Below, piece after piece: positions 11,378 to 25,083 of a stretch of 64,000 bases of DNA (positions are counted from its first letter, which is position 1; each line of letters begins with the position of its first letter). Where the stretch lies: contig JBPGPT010000050.1 in assembly GCA_051047955.1 (NCBI GenBank), forward strand, positions 1-64,000. Reading direction: 5' to 3'. The position numbers and the translations under genes are program-made. Source of the stretch: Cystobasidiomycetes sp. EMM_F5. Lineage: Eukaryota. The notes below the pieces were generated by a model. It made no database searches and was not told the origin of the DNA. It saw nothing but the letters and a program-made list of their open reading frames with translations.

Positions 11378-13857
11378 ATGCTGAGAACTGCAACCTGCCG
11401 AGTCTTGTGCACGCATACAAGAGTACGCCCATTATACCAGGAGCAACTGCACTACACGCGCATACAGCTGCGACGCCTAAACATGACGAGCCAGGCGCCA
11501 GACAATGCCACTACCGTCACAAAATCTGTGGCCGCAGCTGCCGCTGCCAACGCAAACCCTGGCGGCGAGCCCGGGCAGTTCAAAGATGAAGTGACTGGCG
11601 AAATGGTCAGCAAAAGGTGCGTAAACCAGATCTATTGTTCATCCGGAATAATTCGACACACCCAAATACCTAATGTCCTCATTTCACCGTATGCAGCGAG
11701 CTGAAGCGGAGGCAGAAGCAGCGAGAGAAGGACGCAAAGAAAGCTGAGAAGGTTTTTAGAAGCAATTGTACTCCAGTCCTTTGCAGAAATCATTGACACA
11801 TTGTGATATTCAGGCTGCAACCACGCCCGCGACAACGTCAACAAAACCGGCAAAGCAGCAAGATGCTGCGGCGGCAGAAGAAGAACTCAGTCCACATGTT
11901 GGTAGTTCCCCCGTGACATCGCTGTTCCGCCGACTCACATGCCTGCAAAATAGCAATATCATCTTCTCCGGTCAAACGCCATCAAGGCTCTGCGAGCCCA
12001 GCCCGCTTCTGAACGCACGCCAGGCAGACCAGATCCCTATCCTCACAAATTCCACGTCACGATGTCCATCCCTGCTTTCATCAAGAAGTATGGTCCGGAA
12101 GGCAAAATCGAAAATGGTAAAAAGTAAGCTCTGCACGTTTCGATGCATCGCGAGACATTCTGATGTGCGAGTGTCACTTGGAACAGGGTCGAAGGCGAGG
12201 AAGTCTCTGTCGCCGGTCGCGTGCATTCTATGCGCGCATCTGGAGACAAGTTACGCTTCTATGATCTAATAGCCGATGGCGAACGCATACAAATTCTGGC
12301 CAACGCCCGAGAGGCCGACGACCCAGAGTCCTTCACCGACGTTCACAGTATATTCCGTCGGGGGGATATTGTCGGTGTCAGAGGAGACGCGTGCCGAAGT
12401 GCGAAAGGAGAGCTGTCAATCTCGCCAAAGTCGATGATCTTGCTCGCACCAAATTTGCATCAATTACCTACCCAGCACTTTGGGTTCAAGGATCAGGAGC
12501 TTCGCTATCGAAAGCGATACTTGGACCTCGTGATGAACCGCGACGTCCGCAACGTGTTCATCAAGCGTGCACAAATTGTCGACTACATCCGGCGATTCTT
12601 GGACGGTCTCGGTTTCCTCGAGGTAGAAACACCCATGATGAACATGATTGCCGGCGGTGCGACTGCCAAGCCCTTTATCACACATCATAACGCTCTTGGG
12701 CTGGACTTGTTCTTGCGTATCGCGCCCGAATTGTACCTGAAGGAGCTGGTTGTCGGCGGTCTTGACCGAGTGTTCGAAATTGGCAGAGTATTCCGTAACG
12801 AAGGCATTGATCTCACGCACAATCCAGAATTCAGCATTTGCGAATTCTACATGGCGTATGCTGACATGTACGATCTTATGGACCTGACCGAGAGCATGTT
12901 TAGCGGGCTCGTTAAGCGTGTCACTGGTGGCTACAAGATCAAGTATCACCCCGAAGGCAGGGGGGAGGGCGCGAAGGAGTACGAGTTGGATTTCTCACCG
13001 CCTTGGAAGAGATTCAACATGATTGAAGAGCTGGAAAAGCAGCTCAACGTAAAATTCCCGCCGGGCGAAGAGTTGGCATCCGAGAGCACCAATGCCTTCC
13101 TTCAAGGGCTTTGCGATAAGCATAATGTGGAGTGCTCGGATCCGAAGACCAATGCCCGTTTGCTGGACAAGCTCGTTGGAGAGTTTATCGAAAATCAGTG
13201 CATCAACCCATCTTTCATCGTGGGCCACCCACAAGTCATGTCTCCGTTGGCAAAGTATCATCGCTCATTGCCAGGCTTATGCGAGCGTTTCGGTGAGACG
13301 CCATCGCAACAGCGTACGGCGTTTGTCGTGCTGATTCCTTATTGCAGAATGCTTTGTCGCGACCAAGGAGATTGCAAATGCTTACACAGAATTGAATGAT
13401 CCTTTCGACCAGCGAGAACGGTTTGAGGAGCAGTCAAGACAAGCAGCTCAAGGAGATGACGAAGCTCAGGGAATCGACGAGACATACGTCAATGCGTGAG
13501 TCACTTCATTGTAAGTCAACTTATGACGACCGCTCATAGTCTTTGATATCAGTCTCGAACACGGTCTGCCACCTACCGGCGGATGGGGTGAGTATTGCCA
13601 CGGCGACGACGTCTGAACGTGAATTGACGGTGTCATCTAGGTTGTGGTATCGACCGACTGGTAATGTTCCTGACGGATTGCTCTTCAATCAAGGATGTCG
13701 TACGTATTATACTCATGTAGATTACGAGTAAGTCTGCTGACAATGGTGTCAACAGCTTCTCTTCCCCGCCATGAAGCCAGAAGAGCAAACGACCGTGCCG
13801 GCGACAACCAGCGCGCCTGCAGGTGAAGCGCCTCCTTCGATACTACACGCAGCTTGA
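11378..13857 (+). CDS. KRS1: Lysyl-tRNA synthetase (class II), with two in-frame ATGs (11378 and 11483)
   Basis: Contains [57 protein letters not shown] and GLPPTGGWG. Multi-exon; TGA at 13855-13857. Confidence 0.97.
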
Positions 13858-14157
13858 GCAGAGATATCTGTGCCGTTGCAAAACGTGCCATCAATGTGAG
13901 ACTTAAGGTGAGACCAATGCTCACCTTGAAATCTTCGGCGATGCAGAAGACGCAAGCTTGTTCAGCCAGTTCTGCGCGCTCGCCAGCCAATTCTCCGCAA
14001 AGAGGTGGAGCATGATAGACGTAGCGCAGAACCGATCATGTCAGAAATACCACACTTGAAAATGAGTTTCTGCAGCTCCGATTGTTTTCTGTTCAATGTC
14101 AGAATCCTTTGCCAAGTATATGCGGCCATCAAGTCAGCGTTTTACCAACTGTACATC

Positions 14158-14637
14158 ATGTCTACAAGCAAACCAGGAGCGGCAAGCAAGCAGGCAGAAC
14201 CTTCGAAATCTGAGATATTGCAACGTAAGGCTTGAGTCGGATGGCTGGGTCCGGCGACCATATGGCCATAGCTGATCTGACAGCCCTTACACGTCGTGCG
14301 CCTCATGAACAGGCGCGAAGACTGCGAATGACAGATTTGTATGTATTCGCGCCAGGATCTTTTCGCAATCAATCACGAAGTCTTTACCATCGCATCACTT
14401 TCAATTCAGAAACGACGAGGAAAACGAGGCGCACCTAACAGCGAGACCGCTGCCGCCGGAGACAGCGCAGGCATGAAGGATACGTCAAAGGAAGCTGAGA
14501 AACCCGCGAAGAAGCACAAGCCAGACGCTGTGTCAGCAAGCCAGGAGCGAGAAGATCAACCTCTGGGCGATAAACCTAGGAAAACTGACGAGCCGGCTGT
14601 TCGTGCTGCAGCCCAAAGTAACGATGACAATGACTAG
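14158..14637 (+). CDS. Small charged hypothetical protein, splicing uncertain
   Basis: ATG in good context at 14158, a GTAAGG donor at about 14225, and a downstream K/E-rich ORF to 14637. I could not fix the exon phases. Confidence 0.35.
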
Positions 14638-14876
14638 TATGATGACTTTTAACTAGGGTTCCCAAGTCCACCGCACGCTGCTAAGACTGAAACCCGCAGC
14701 TTGAAACAAATTAGAGCGTACGACATTTCTTTGAAGGATGAAGGGGCGGGCAAGCGACCGCTGGTGCGGTGACAGAGAAAGAAGATCTGTCGCAGAATAC
14801 TGTACAACATAAGGTGGCAGACACCCGACATGAAGTATTGCGGCTGTTGTTGTACAGCGGAATAGGACAACCTCCC

Positions 14877-17810
14877 TTACCTTTTCCTACTTTTGCCCGG
14901 TTGGTTGGATCGATGCACGCGCTTAGCCTTTGTAGCCCGCTCTTTGCGGATCTGATCCACTGATTTAAGCTGTGCGGAAGCTCGCTTGCCGCCCATGAGA
15001 CCCTTCGACCCGCTAGACCTCGTCTTGGTTTCTGTCGAGTCCTTGCCGGCCGCTTTAGCTTTCTTGCTATCCTTCATGATACCGCCTTTACCCAATTTCA
15101 GAGTCTTGCCTTGAGCAGGTCGACCTGAGCTCGCAGTGTGTCGATAACGTTTCCCGGCCAAGCCAGCTGATGGTACTTGACGATCCCGCAATTCTGCTTC
15201 TCCAGTCTTTGGCAAATAGACCTTCTGCTTTCTTTTCCACTCCGTGAAAGATCCGCTATTGAACGATGCGGGCAATTTCCCACCGCTTTCAGTGCGGATG
15301 AGCTTCTTATTATCCGAACCGGTGCCATCACCTTGGACGAATTTCTTGTGTCTGCGATCCCATCGCAACATTGATGCTTTCTGTACCGCACTGTGGTTCG
15401 AATTTTCATCGGTGGCAGTCATTTCAAACGCTGCACTGGCCGCTTGTGCCGCAAAGCTGTCCCCGCCTTCTTTTAGCGAATACCCTCTTTCGGCGTCAGC
15501 TCCTGCTTGAACATATCCCATGTATACATCGGTATCGCGAAAGTCTTTCTTTCCGTTAAACTTCTTGCCGATTTTGCTGTCCTTGAATGTCGCCTGGAAA
15601 AAAGAACAGTGTCAGTTGCGATAGATTCAACAGGCGTATGATGTTGTTATGTACCATGATTTCGTCTTCGTCCGCCTCGCTAGCATCATCTAAAGCGCCA
15701 TCGACTGCCGCCTCATCATCCGATGCGAAAATGGCAGTCTCGTCGTTTTCATCGGGACTAGTTGTTGCTTGGGTGATTTTGGCTCTCGCTTTGCCTAGAC
15801 TTGCTCGCCGTTGCTGCATCAGCTGCGCGCCCACGGTCTTGCCTCGACTTCCAACTTCGAAGACCGTCTCCATAGGCCGGAAGGCATTTACCTTGGCAAG
15901 TAAAGTGGCGCGTTTTAAGTCTTCGGACCCACTAGGCTGACCGGCTGACGCGACACTGTTCCCAAATAGCGGATGCGTGCCAGACTCTTCCTTTTCGGAG
16001 CCTGCCAGACCAGCAATTCCAGAACCCACAAGCTCCTTTGCCCGTCTGTAGCTCTCCTGAGATGCCTTGCTCTGCGACCGCTCGTACATTCTCTGACCTT
16101 TTTCTGCGATGCCTAGCAATCGCTCCAACGTAGAATCAGGTAGCAGAAGCGCACTTTGGAAATGATCCACTTCCATATCTAGGGTCTCTCTTGGTAACGT
16201 ACCTAATACAAGATTATTTGCGTAATCAGGCTCGCCTTTCTCGCTGTTCAATGGCGATGTCAACAACGGACGGCCCAGGAATAGCTGCAGATCGAAGAGC
16301 TGAGCTAGTTCGGAATTAGTCACGAACGAGTATGCCCAGCCCGTCCGGCCCGCCCTTGCCGTGCGTCCCACTCGATGAATGAATGTTCTGGAGCCATTGG
16401 GAAAGTCATAGTTGATTACGTTCTCCAGGACTGGAATATCGATACCTCTTGCTGCGAGATCAGTGACGACCATTATGCTCGTCCTTCCGCTCCGGAAAGC
16501 GGCAAGCTGAATTCGTCGAGCGGACTGGTCTAGCGAGCCGTAGATGGCGGATACTGCATACCCAGCCATGGTGAGCATCAAAGATAAGTATTCCACATGA
16601 TGCTTGGTAGCCGCGAAGACGATTGTCTGGTGTGCAGAGGTTTGCTTGTTCTCGTCACTATCACCCTTCTTCGTTGCCTTGCCGTTTTCTCGCTTCCGCT
16701 TGTTTGGCTGCGGCTTTCGCCGCTCATCCTCGTCTTGTAGCCAGTCTGCAGAGTCTTGCTGATTTGGATCAGCTTGAGGTACTCCTATGAGATTCCTGAG
16801 CAGTATGAGCAATGCCGCCTCCTTTTCTTTCGGCTTAACGCTGAAGAAGGCCATTTGCAGATCTGTCGAAATCTTGCTCTCGGCATCTAGCCGAACTAGC
16901 TTTGGATTCTGAAGACCTGCCTTTGCGAATTCGACTAGACTCTTTGGTAGAGTAGCAGAAAAGAGGAGCGTCTGTCGCTGTGGTGACAATTTGGCTAGAA
17001 TTTCAGTGAGCGTAGTCGAGAAACCTAGTTCAAAAAGACGATCGGCTTCGTCGAAAACCACGTATTGTACCGACGCAAGGTCGGCGGACATTTCAACGAG
17101 TAAATGTAACAAACGTCCTGGCGTAGCAATGAGGACATCTGGGTTTGCTGCCATCATGGCAAATTGCTCATCGAGCGAGTCGCCCCCAACGAGTAGACCC
17201 CATCTGAGAGCTTCGTTCTCCGACGAGGAAGTGGGATCACTGCTTGGACCGTGCTTGCCCTTTGCGCCCCTTGCGAGATCTTTGCCAACTTTCAAGACTT
17301 GCAGAGCCAATTCCCGGGTCGGCACCAAGACGAGCGCTCTTGCACCGTATTTCGGTGAATGGGCGACACCTAGTCTTGCTATCAGGGGAATCATGTAGGC
17401 CAGAGTCTTGCCCGAGCCTGTGCGGGCCATTCCGACTACGTCTCTGGGCGGTTGCGACAGAGCTGCCGGGAGTGCGGCACGCTGTATGGGTGTGGGCGTA
17501 GTGAATCCTCGCTGTAGAAGAGATTTCAGCAGACTGGGAGGGAGTCCTGTGGGATTGTAGGTCAGATTACATCAGTCTCAGCTTGGGTGACCGCTCGCAA
17601 GGCTATGAGCCGGATCAACGCACCCAAGCTCTGAAAGCTGCCACCGCCGACGACTTCCTTTTGCTTTCCCTTCCTGTCCTTTGCTGCTCGGTGTGCAACT
17701 TTTGCGCCCTCGCGAAGGTTTTGCTTTCCGAGCAAGTCTGCAAAGAACTGCTCGTCCTCGCCAGACTCGTCGTCTCCGACACCTGCAGCATTATCCATGG
17801 AGCGAGCCAT
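14877..17810 (-). CDS. DBP10: ATP-dependent DEAD-box RNA helicase Dbp10 (60S biogenesis)
   Basis: Contains GGSFQSLG, ARTGSGKT, PTRELA, DEADRL, SAT and HRVGRTARAG, plus the DBP10 C-terminal motif WDRRHKKFV...KLIRTESGGKLPASF. Confidence 0.95.
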
Positions 17811-19134
17811 TGTCTGAATGTCGACAGAAAGAAAGCCGCACAGGTTGGCTGCAGAGGAGCTTGCTCTACAATGTGGCAACCAACGAACGATCAATGGGCA
17901 AACATGCAGAGTGACTGCTGCATTTGCCAAGATGTACGGGATATTGACTGAGCAATGAACGATGTCTGAATTCGAATCATCTTGACTTACCCTCTCGTCA
18001 TGCTCAGATATTGTGATAATGTCTAACTTGGGCCTGGAACACCGGATGACGGTGATGGCAATATCCAAAACCCGCAACTTTGCATAGCACATGCTGACAT
18101 GCACCTCTGGCTTGTTATGATGCCCATCTGGTCTGTTTACACACCGAGTGCGAGATTCGCTGCTTCAAGAACGATCTCGACGCAGGAAAGATACATCAAC
18201 ACTTTATTCATTCGGCAGTCCACAGCGCAACAGCAGACATCTGGTATCTTCACCTGGGTATTCAGTACTATAGCTCACTACTCCACACCGTGAATACATG
18301 ACGTGATCTGTTCGTAAACAGACGATGATCCAGGCTAGGTATCCGACGACAGTACATCGATGAAGCACTGAGAGAGTATGCTGTAGCTCGCCCTGAACGC
18401 AGGATGCGTCTGCAAGCACTACTGTATCGCTGACACTCACATTACATTCGCTGCACGTGCCCTGGCGCGTATGGTGCCGACACAAGTAGGATACCGCGAA
18501 GCACCAGAGCCGCCGAGCACCGAGTACGATGATACGAAACCATACTGGCGTCCGATGTTGAAGCATTAAAGGTGAAAATCGAGCCCTTAACGCCTACAAA
18601 AATACTGTACTGTACTGTCACGCGACTGAAGACGGTTAACAAATTGCACCTGCTCGCGTGCGGAGTGTTTACGATGCTGGCTTAGTTACCCTGACAGCCG
18701 GCACTTGCTCTCAAGCATTCCTCCATTCTCGCTGTGTCGCCCGCAGGTTTCTGGCGCGAACCGCAGTTTTCCAGCATGCCTTGTCTGGCGCGCGGGATCG
18801 CTAACAAAACAAAAGGCCCTGCTGCCTGCGGATTTACCGACAAGGCGGAAGGCCTGTGCGACACGACATACTACTGGTGCATGTGTGCACACCAACTGAT
18901 GCTTGCTCGATAACTCGACGCAGAATCTGCACCTTCGTTGAACCTGCGTCAGAACTGCGCATCCTGCACGTGCGCAACGTGACAGCCCGTCCTCCCAGAA
19001 GAAGAAATTGGGACAAAAAGCTGTGCAAGCCGGATTGCAAACAAATAAACGACAGCAGAGCTGCTCCGTTCTCGAACTTGAGTGAGCGCGCAAGAGTGCA
19101 ACAGACGTGGTGACAAAGCTACTGCAATTCAGCC

Positions 19135-21126
19135 ATGCCGCCCCCTAGGCCGCCCAGGTCGAGTTCCTTGTACGACCAGCGGCTGCAGTCCGCTTTGGAA
19201 GCGTCAGGCTTCGATGCGGCCAACGAATCGCTTGCTACTACGCCGCACCGAAGCTGGCAGTCACAAGCAGGCTCTGAATACCAGCAGCACGCGTCGGATC
19301 GGCCATCACTCTCGATACAAGGGAACGCGTATCAACCTCCTTCTCGGCACCCGTACCATTTCCCAAGCACTCCAGGCGGGACTTCTACACCAGGGGCGAT
19401 GTCACCTTTCTCGCCCGGAACACCGCAGGCCGTGAACCCATTCGCAAGTACACAGTCATTCCCCTTTCATGTACACCCTTCCTCCCCAACGCCCTCTAGC
19501 AGCGAGTCTACCTTTTTCAATTCCCAACAATCTCTGCGGGAACCAAAAGATGGCTTCATGCGCTATAGCGACCGCGAAAACAGCGGTTTATACGACAAGG
19601 AGATGTTCACGTCGTCTCAGCCGCTCGCAGATAGCTTCCCGCAAGTTCACACTCGCATCAGTCCTCCGAAAAACAAGAATAAATCATGCGGACTGCCGGC
19701 AGGCGTGGCTGACTTCAAGAAGCGGAAACCTGGATTATTCTGGATTTCTGTCACTGGTGCACTTATCGTTATCATTGCAGCAGTCGCGGTTCCTGTAGTT
19801 ATTGTACTTCAGCACAGCCAAAAGACAACCAGTGGCACGAAGGGAATATCGAGCAATGATGCCGCAGCCTCGTCGGGCTCCCGGACTCAATCATCGAGCG
19901 ATTCCAGTGCTACGTCTTCGTCAAAGTATTCGAGCACCTACGCATCGTACTCGTCGTCGCAAACTCAACTTTTCTTTCCCCCTTCCATTTCTGGTGGTAC
20001 GGGGCTGAATGGACCATTCGCTGGCGGTCAAGCTTCCATATTGCCGTACACGCAGCTTCTTGCGTTCGGCTCCTCATACTCGGACAACGGCCATGAGCGA
20101 GCATCTCAATACTCCGAGTCGATTGCCCCTTCTGACAAATACTGGGTAAGAGATCATAAATTGTTAAGCTTGCGTGCGCGCTGACACGACTAATATAGAA
20201 TCGCCGATGGTCGAACGGTCCCAATTGGACAGAATACTTGCGTGACTATCTCGGTAACGTTACCAATACCCCTGTGCAACACTGGAACTACGCTTTCGGC
20301 GGTGCGACTACCAATAACTCCATCCATGGCACAAAAGTGCCCGATACCGGCGAGCAAATCAACTTTTTCTTGAGACAACGCGGGAGCAGCTTGCAAACAT
20401 CAAAATCATTGGTAGTGCTCTTCAGTGAGTCAGACAATCTCGAGGAGTAAGTGTCGCATGACTGACGCAAAACCTGCAGCTTCGACCAACGACGTTATGT
20501 CCGCCTTCAACAACTACTGGATGACTGGTCAATACAATATGAACGATGTGCTCGATCAAGTGCGGCGCGCAGCGACCTCCTTGACCAACGAGCTACGATG
20601 GTTGATTCCTAATGCCACCGACACAAACGCAACACCCGCAACTACATCGCTTATCACGGGAACAGCTGTTCCACAACCAACGATGGTGCTCAACGGAAAT
20701 GCCGGCTCATACCGATCGACAGTGTCATGGGCTGGCGTTGCTCCGGACTTCCTCGTGCTTCCCATCGTCCCATGCGAATTGACGCCTTCGTTCCAAGGTT
20801 ATGCCCGGGATGCCGGTGTTGATATCACCGTGGTCACCCAAATGAGCAGGACATACAATACTGCGCTGATGGCTGGAGCCCGCGATCTAGCCAGCGCGCT
20901 AGGCTCTCGTGGACAGGTCTTCACGTACGATGTGCCAACTTGGTTCTACTCGATGTTCACCGCTCCTTCAAAATACGGGCTGACCAATATCCAAGATGGC
21001 TGCCAATACACTGGTTGCAGCACACCAGGAACATATGTCTTCTGGGATACGCTACATCTCGTCACCTCGATCCAGTCTCGCCTTGCTACGACCGTCATGC
21101 AAATGGTACTCAACGGCATCTCGTAG
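19135..21126 (+). CDS. Membrane-anchored SGNH/GDSL hydrolase (carbohydrate esterase CE16-like)
   Basis: One TM segment (FWISVTGALIVIIAAVAVPVVIVL), a Ser-rich linker, then FGSSYSDNG, RWSNGPNW, NYAFGGAT, TND and FWDTLH blocks. Two introns. Confidence 0.8.
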
Positions 21127-21449
21127 ATATGAAAATTTGCTGAAAGAAGCTGCGGTCATGACTGTCTATTTAACGTAACGGACACTGTCGATTGGCTCTG
21201 AAGTAAAGATAGATGTACAAATTTTTGAGTGATATGCGCATGTTTGTAAAGTTATAGCAAGCACAGCATCAAGGGTAAAGGAACCCTCGTTAGCAGGCAG
21301 TCTCCTGGTCACGAAATTAGGGAGGACAAGCAGGAGAGGCCGTTTCCATAGCACACATTCGTTATTCATAACCATCGATCTCTTACAGTAGAAGTTTAGT
21401 CAAGGGACCTTTTACGGCTTTCTGCCTGATGATACTTGCGCCGAACTTC

Positions 21450-23371
21450 TTAACCTGAGGGGAGATACATATTCAAATGCAGTCGGGCGCATTCGGTTAT
21501 TTCCTCCTTTCCTAGCCTGTCGAGGGCTATGTTGTGTCGCTAAAGAAGGAGGACGGGTCAATAGGATTTTAAGACAGGGTACACTACGTTCGCTCAAACT
21601 TACTAGTGCGCATTGCATCCCCTTGTACGTGACGCCAAAAACGTCGGCGAAGTCGGGATGTTCTCTACCACAGGAACGTTGTGTCATGGCGTTCAGCAAG
21701 ACCTTCCGCAAGGTCTGAACGAGTAGGCAGAGACTTAGCTAGCATTTTGCTATGAACGTCTAGACTTACACCCTTGTTCATAGTCAGTATATTGGCGTCC
21801 CCATTGTCAGATCCGGCGTTCTCAGAAGCAACTACGCTCGCTGATCTTGCCAGGCGCTGCCTGTTGGCGTTGATAGCTGTCAGATGGGCCTCATGATTTG
21901 CTGCCTGTGCTGGCGGCATGCTAGCGCTGCGTGTGAGGCTCATGCTGCGGCCAACGGACTTATTTCGAGGCTGCGTGGGACCCACAAGAGACTCGGCGAG
22001 TGTTGTGCTGCTTCTACGACTTGCAATACTTGCCGTCGGACTTGCACATTCATCTACGCTGAGCCGTGCATTGAGAAGCTCATCAGGATCTATCTCGTCT
22101 TGCTCGGGGAAACCAATTGACAGAACAGACTCTTCGGTGCCCTCTGCTTCCTCCTGGAGACGTTTGAGGCTGCTGGCAGTAAAACGCGGACGCTTAGGAC
22201 CATTCTTCAAGGGCCCTCTCGACAAGGTCGAAGACGTTGAAGGCCGTTTCAGCGACTTGGCAGTTGCGCCTTGCGAATTTGTAGAGGATAGACCAAACAG
22301 GTTTCGAGCTTTAGAGGGAGACTGCGAATGCGTTTTGCCGCCACCTTGAGTCGTGTGCAGGGCCGCGGCACTCTTGGACTTCTTGAGCGTGCCAATGGCA
22401 ACACCGTCACGCTTGGGTAGCGCCGAACTTGACAAGGCTGCGCGCAGTCTGCCTTTTCCAGGCGGGCCAGCTTTTGTGAATGCACTATCTGCAAGACGTG
22501 GTGGAGGAGGTATGGACAAGTCGGAAGTTGACGACGACCGACGTAGTTTCTGAGTAAATAAGCTTTCTGCGGGCGGAGTATAAGCAATTTATAACGTAGC
22601 GACAGTCAATTCACGCGATTACGACTTGCCTCGCGGTGCGGGATCATCAGGGCGGGGAAGCAGGTCCCGCTTACTCTTGATGCGGGCTATGTGCAGTCGT
22701 AGTACGCTGCGCGTACTGTGTTGGTCCGGTTGCATCTGACCATAGATAGCCAGAGTGTTATTGTCTGGATCTGCCAGCGTATCTTCTGTGTTTAGCGCAA
22801 TGAGAACAGCGTGCGTGGTTTTGCCAGTAGTGGGGTCGACGGGCTGCGCGCAGAAGGACTCGCGGATCCATACGAGGGTCGACGAGCACCTCGAGTCAAT
22901 GTACAAACGTGGATCGCGAGAGGGAATCTCGTCGTTGTCGAAAGCATGTAGTCTGACGACATCTTGGGATGAATCATGTTTACTGAAGAGCAGGGATTGC
23001 GATTTTCCCTTGCGTAGCATTTCGATGCTCTGCTTGAGGGCCTTCCTACCGTGAGGCTTTGCTTCTGCTTCTGCCGCTGCTTGGCCGGGTCTGCTGTCTG
23101 CAACCTGAATCTTTACGCGACTCTTAATGACTGCCATGGATCTGTTTCTGAGCATTTCGAGGTCGAGGGACAGTTCCTGGAGCATAGTATCGTACTTTTT
23201 GATGTAATTTGCGTGCTCATCGTCGCCGTTGCTGCCATCGAACGGGTCTTGAATATTGCCCACTGCTGCTGGGGTGGCTACCTGAAACGACTGGGCGACA
23301 ATGGCCAGCCCGTGCAGCTCGAGGTCTGCGGCGGGGACTGCGAGTGAGCCACGCCAGAGCAGACGAGACAT
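21450..23371 (-). CDS. Hypothetical protein, possibly with an Sld7 C-terminal-like domain
   Basis: Spliced ORFs 22619-23371 and 21665-22519 plus two further exons. The C-terminus NKGTLRKVLLNAM...HPDFADVFGVTYKGMQCALR resembles fungal Sld7_C from memory; not verified. Confidence 0.55.
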
Positions 23372-23541
23372 TGCAGCTGCAGCTTCATGGCGCGGTAGTC
23401 ATGACATGATCAATGATATTGATTGACGCTCGATTGAGCGGCTGCAGAATATCAAGCCACAGCCTGCCTCTTGCCAACTTGCTCAAACGACAACAGCGAC
23501 ACCTCTGTACTCGCATCCCATTTGCACACCACAACGCAGCC

Positions 23542-24955
23542 ATGGCAGACCCCGAAGTAGCAGACATGTTTGCTGGACTCAAGAAAAAGAAGAAGAAGCA
23601 GGTCGTGATTGCCGACGAACCCAGCGATACTGCACACGCTGCGGTCAAGGAGGACGGTGTTGTAGATCCTGTACGGCCGATGGAGAAGGATGCAGATCTC
23701 ACACTCAAGACAGAGGATCCCCTCGACTTTAGCGACCTGAAAAAGGTGTCACATCAAATTACCACGCAACGACGGCAATACTGACTCTGCAATGCGTAAC
23801 TCCCATCTCCTCTACAGAAAAAGAAGAAGAAGGCTGTCGCTATGGATCTGGAAGAGGTAGCGACCCCGACAGACGATTCTGTTGTCGACAGGCTGGGCAA
23901 CACCAAGGAAGCGACTGCCCCGGCCGAAACGACCGAAGCGTACGTCTTGGTCGAAAACGACTCGCGATTATACTGACAGTGACAACTCCCACAGAGCGCC
24001 CGCAGCCACGAGTGGTGATGTGACTGAAGAGTTCTCGGGCCTAAAGAAGAAAAAGAAGAGCAAGAAGAGCGCATTCGACCTTGAGGCGTGAGTACTCAGC
24101 CTCATCAAAGACTGCCACGCACAGACCGCTGATTGCGTGCATTTGGCAGATTCGAGAAGGAACTAGCAGCTGTTGAAGGAGGTGGTGCACCAGCTTCGGG
24201 GGATGGCACGCCAGCTGCAGGTTCAGATGACGAAGCAGTACCTGAAGGTGGTGAAGACTTTGCGCCTGATGGTGAAAACCCCTTTGAAGATGAGGGTGCT
24301 GATCCCGAGGGCAAGAGCAAGGCAGAGTTGGTGGCCGAGAAGAAGGCTTGGCTGAGCGACCCGGATCGCGACTACACGTATCAAGAGGTACGTGATACAC
24401 TTCCATTTATAACATAGGGCATTCTGACGCACGTTAATCTAGCTTCTTGGCCGTTTCTACACCCTACTTTACGCTTCGCATCCATCGTTGTCACGAGGGG
24501 GAACAAAGAAACGATACACCATCGCACCTCCCAATATCCAGAGAGACGGCAGCAAACGGTCAATGTTTGCCAATATTGGCGATATTTGCAAAAAGATGCG
24601 AAGGCAACCAGAGCACGTTATCCAGTTCCTCTTTGCAGAATTGGGTACTTCGGGTTCCGTGGATGGTAACGCGCGCTTAATCATCAAGGGGCGGTTCCAG
24701 CAGAAACAGATTGAGAACGTCCTGAGAAGGTACATTGTCGAGTATGTCACTTGCAAGACTTGCAAGTCGCCAGATACCCTGCTATCAAAGGTCAGTCTCT
24801 CTATCTACGTACACCTTCCTATTGCTGAAGCACATGCATTATAGGACAATCGTATCTTTTTCGTGACTTGCGAGACCTGTGGATCGAAACAGTCAGTCTC
24901 AAGCATCAAGGTCGGATATCAGGCGACCACAAAGCGGAGGCCAAAGGCAGCATGA
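23542..24955 (+). CDS. SUI3: Translation initiation factor eIF2 beta
   Basis: Three poly-Lys boxes, [37 protein letters not shown] and the zinc finger CKTC...CETC. Confidence 0.96.
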
Positions 24956-25083
24956 TGCCTTCTTGCAGTCATTTTATGCCTCGTATCGTTGTACTGGCCA
25001 AATCAGTTTGCGGGCCACTATGGTCGTATCGCATGTATAGCAAACTGCGTCTTGGAACAACTCGCTCAAGCTACGCAGCATGT

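Noticed and set aside
17811..18680. Open frame upstream of DBP10, GTAAGT/GTGAGT motifs, a small hairpin at about 17897-17928 and short Cys-containing ORFs
   Set aside because: I could not assemble a consistent spliced gene or recognise any RNA motif. It may be a UTR intron or chance.
23413..23541. In-frame upstream ATG extending eIF2-beta by 43 aa
   Set aside because: It lies about 40 nt from the divergent gene's ATG, so it is probably upstream of the TSS. The ATG at 23542 has good context and a typical N-terminus.
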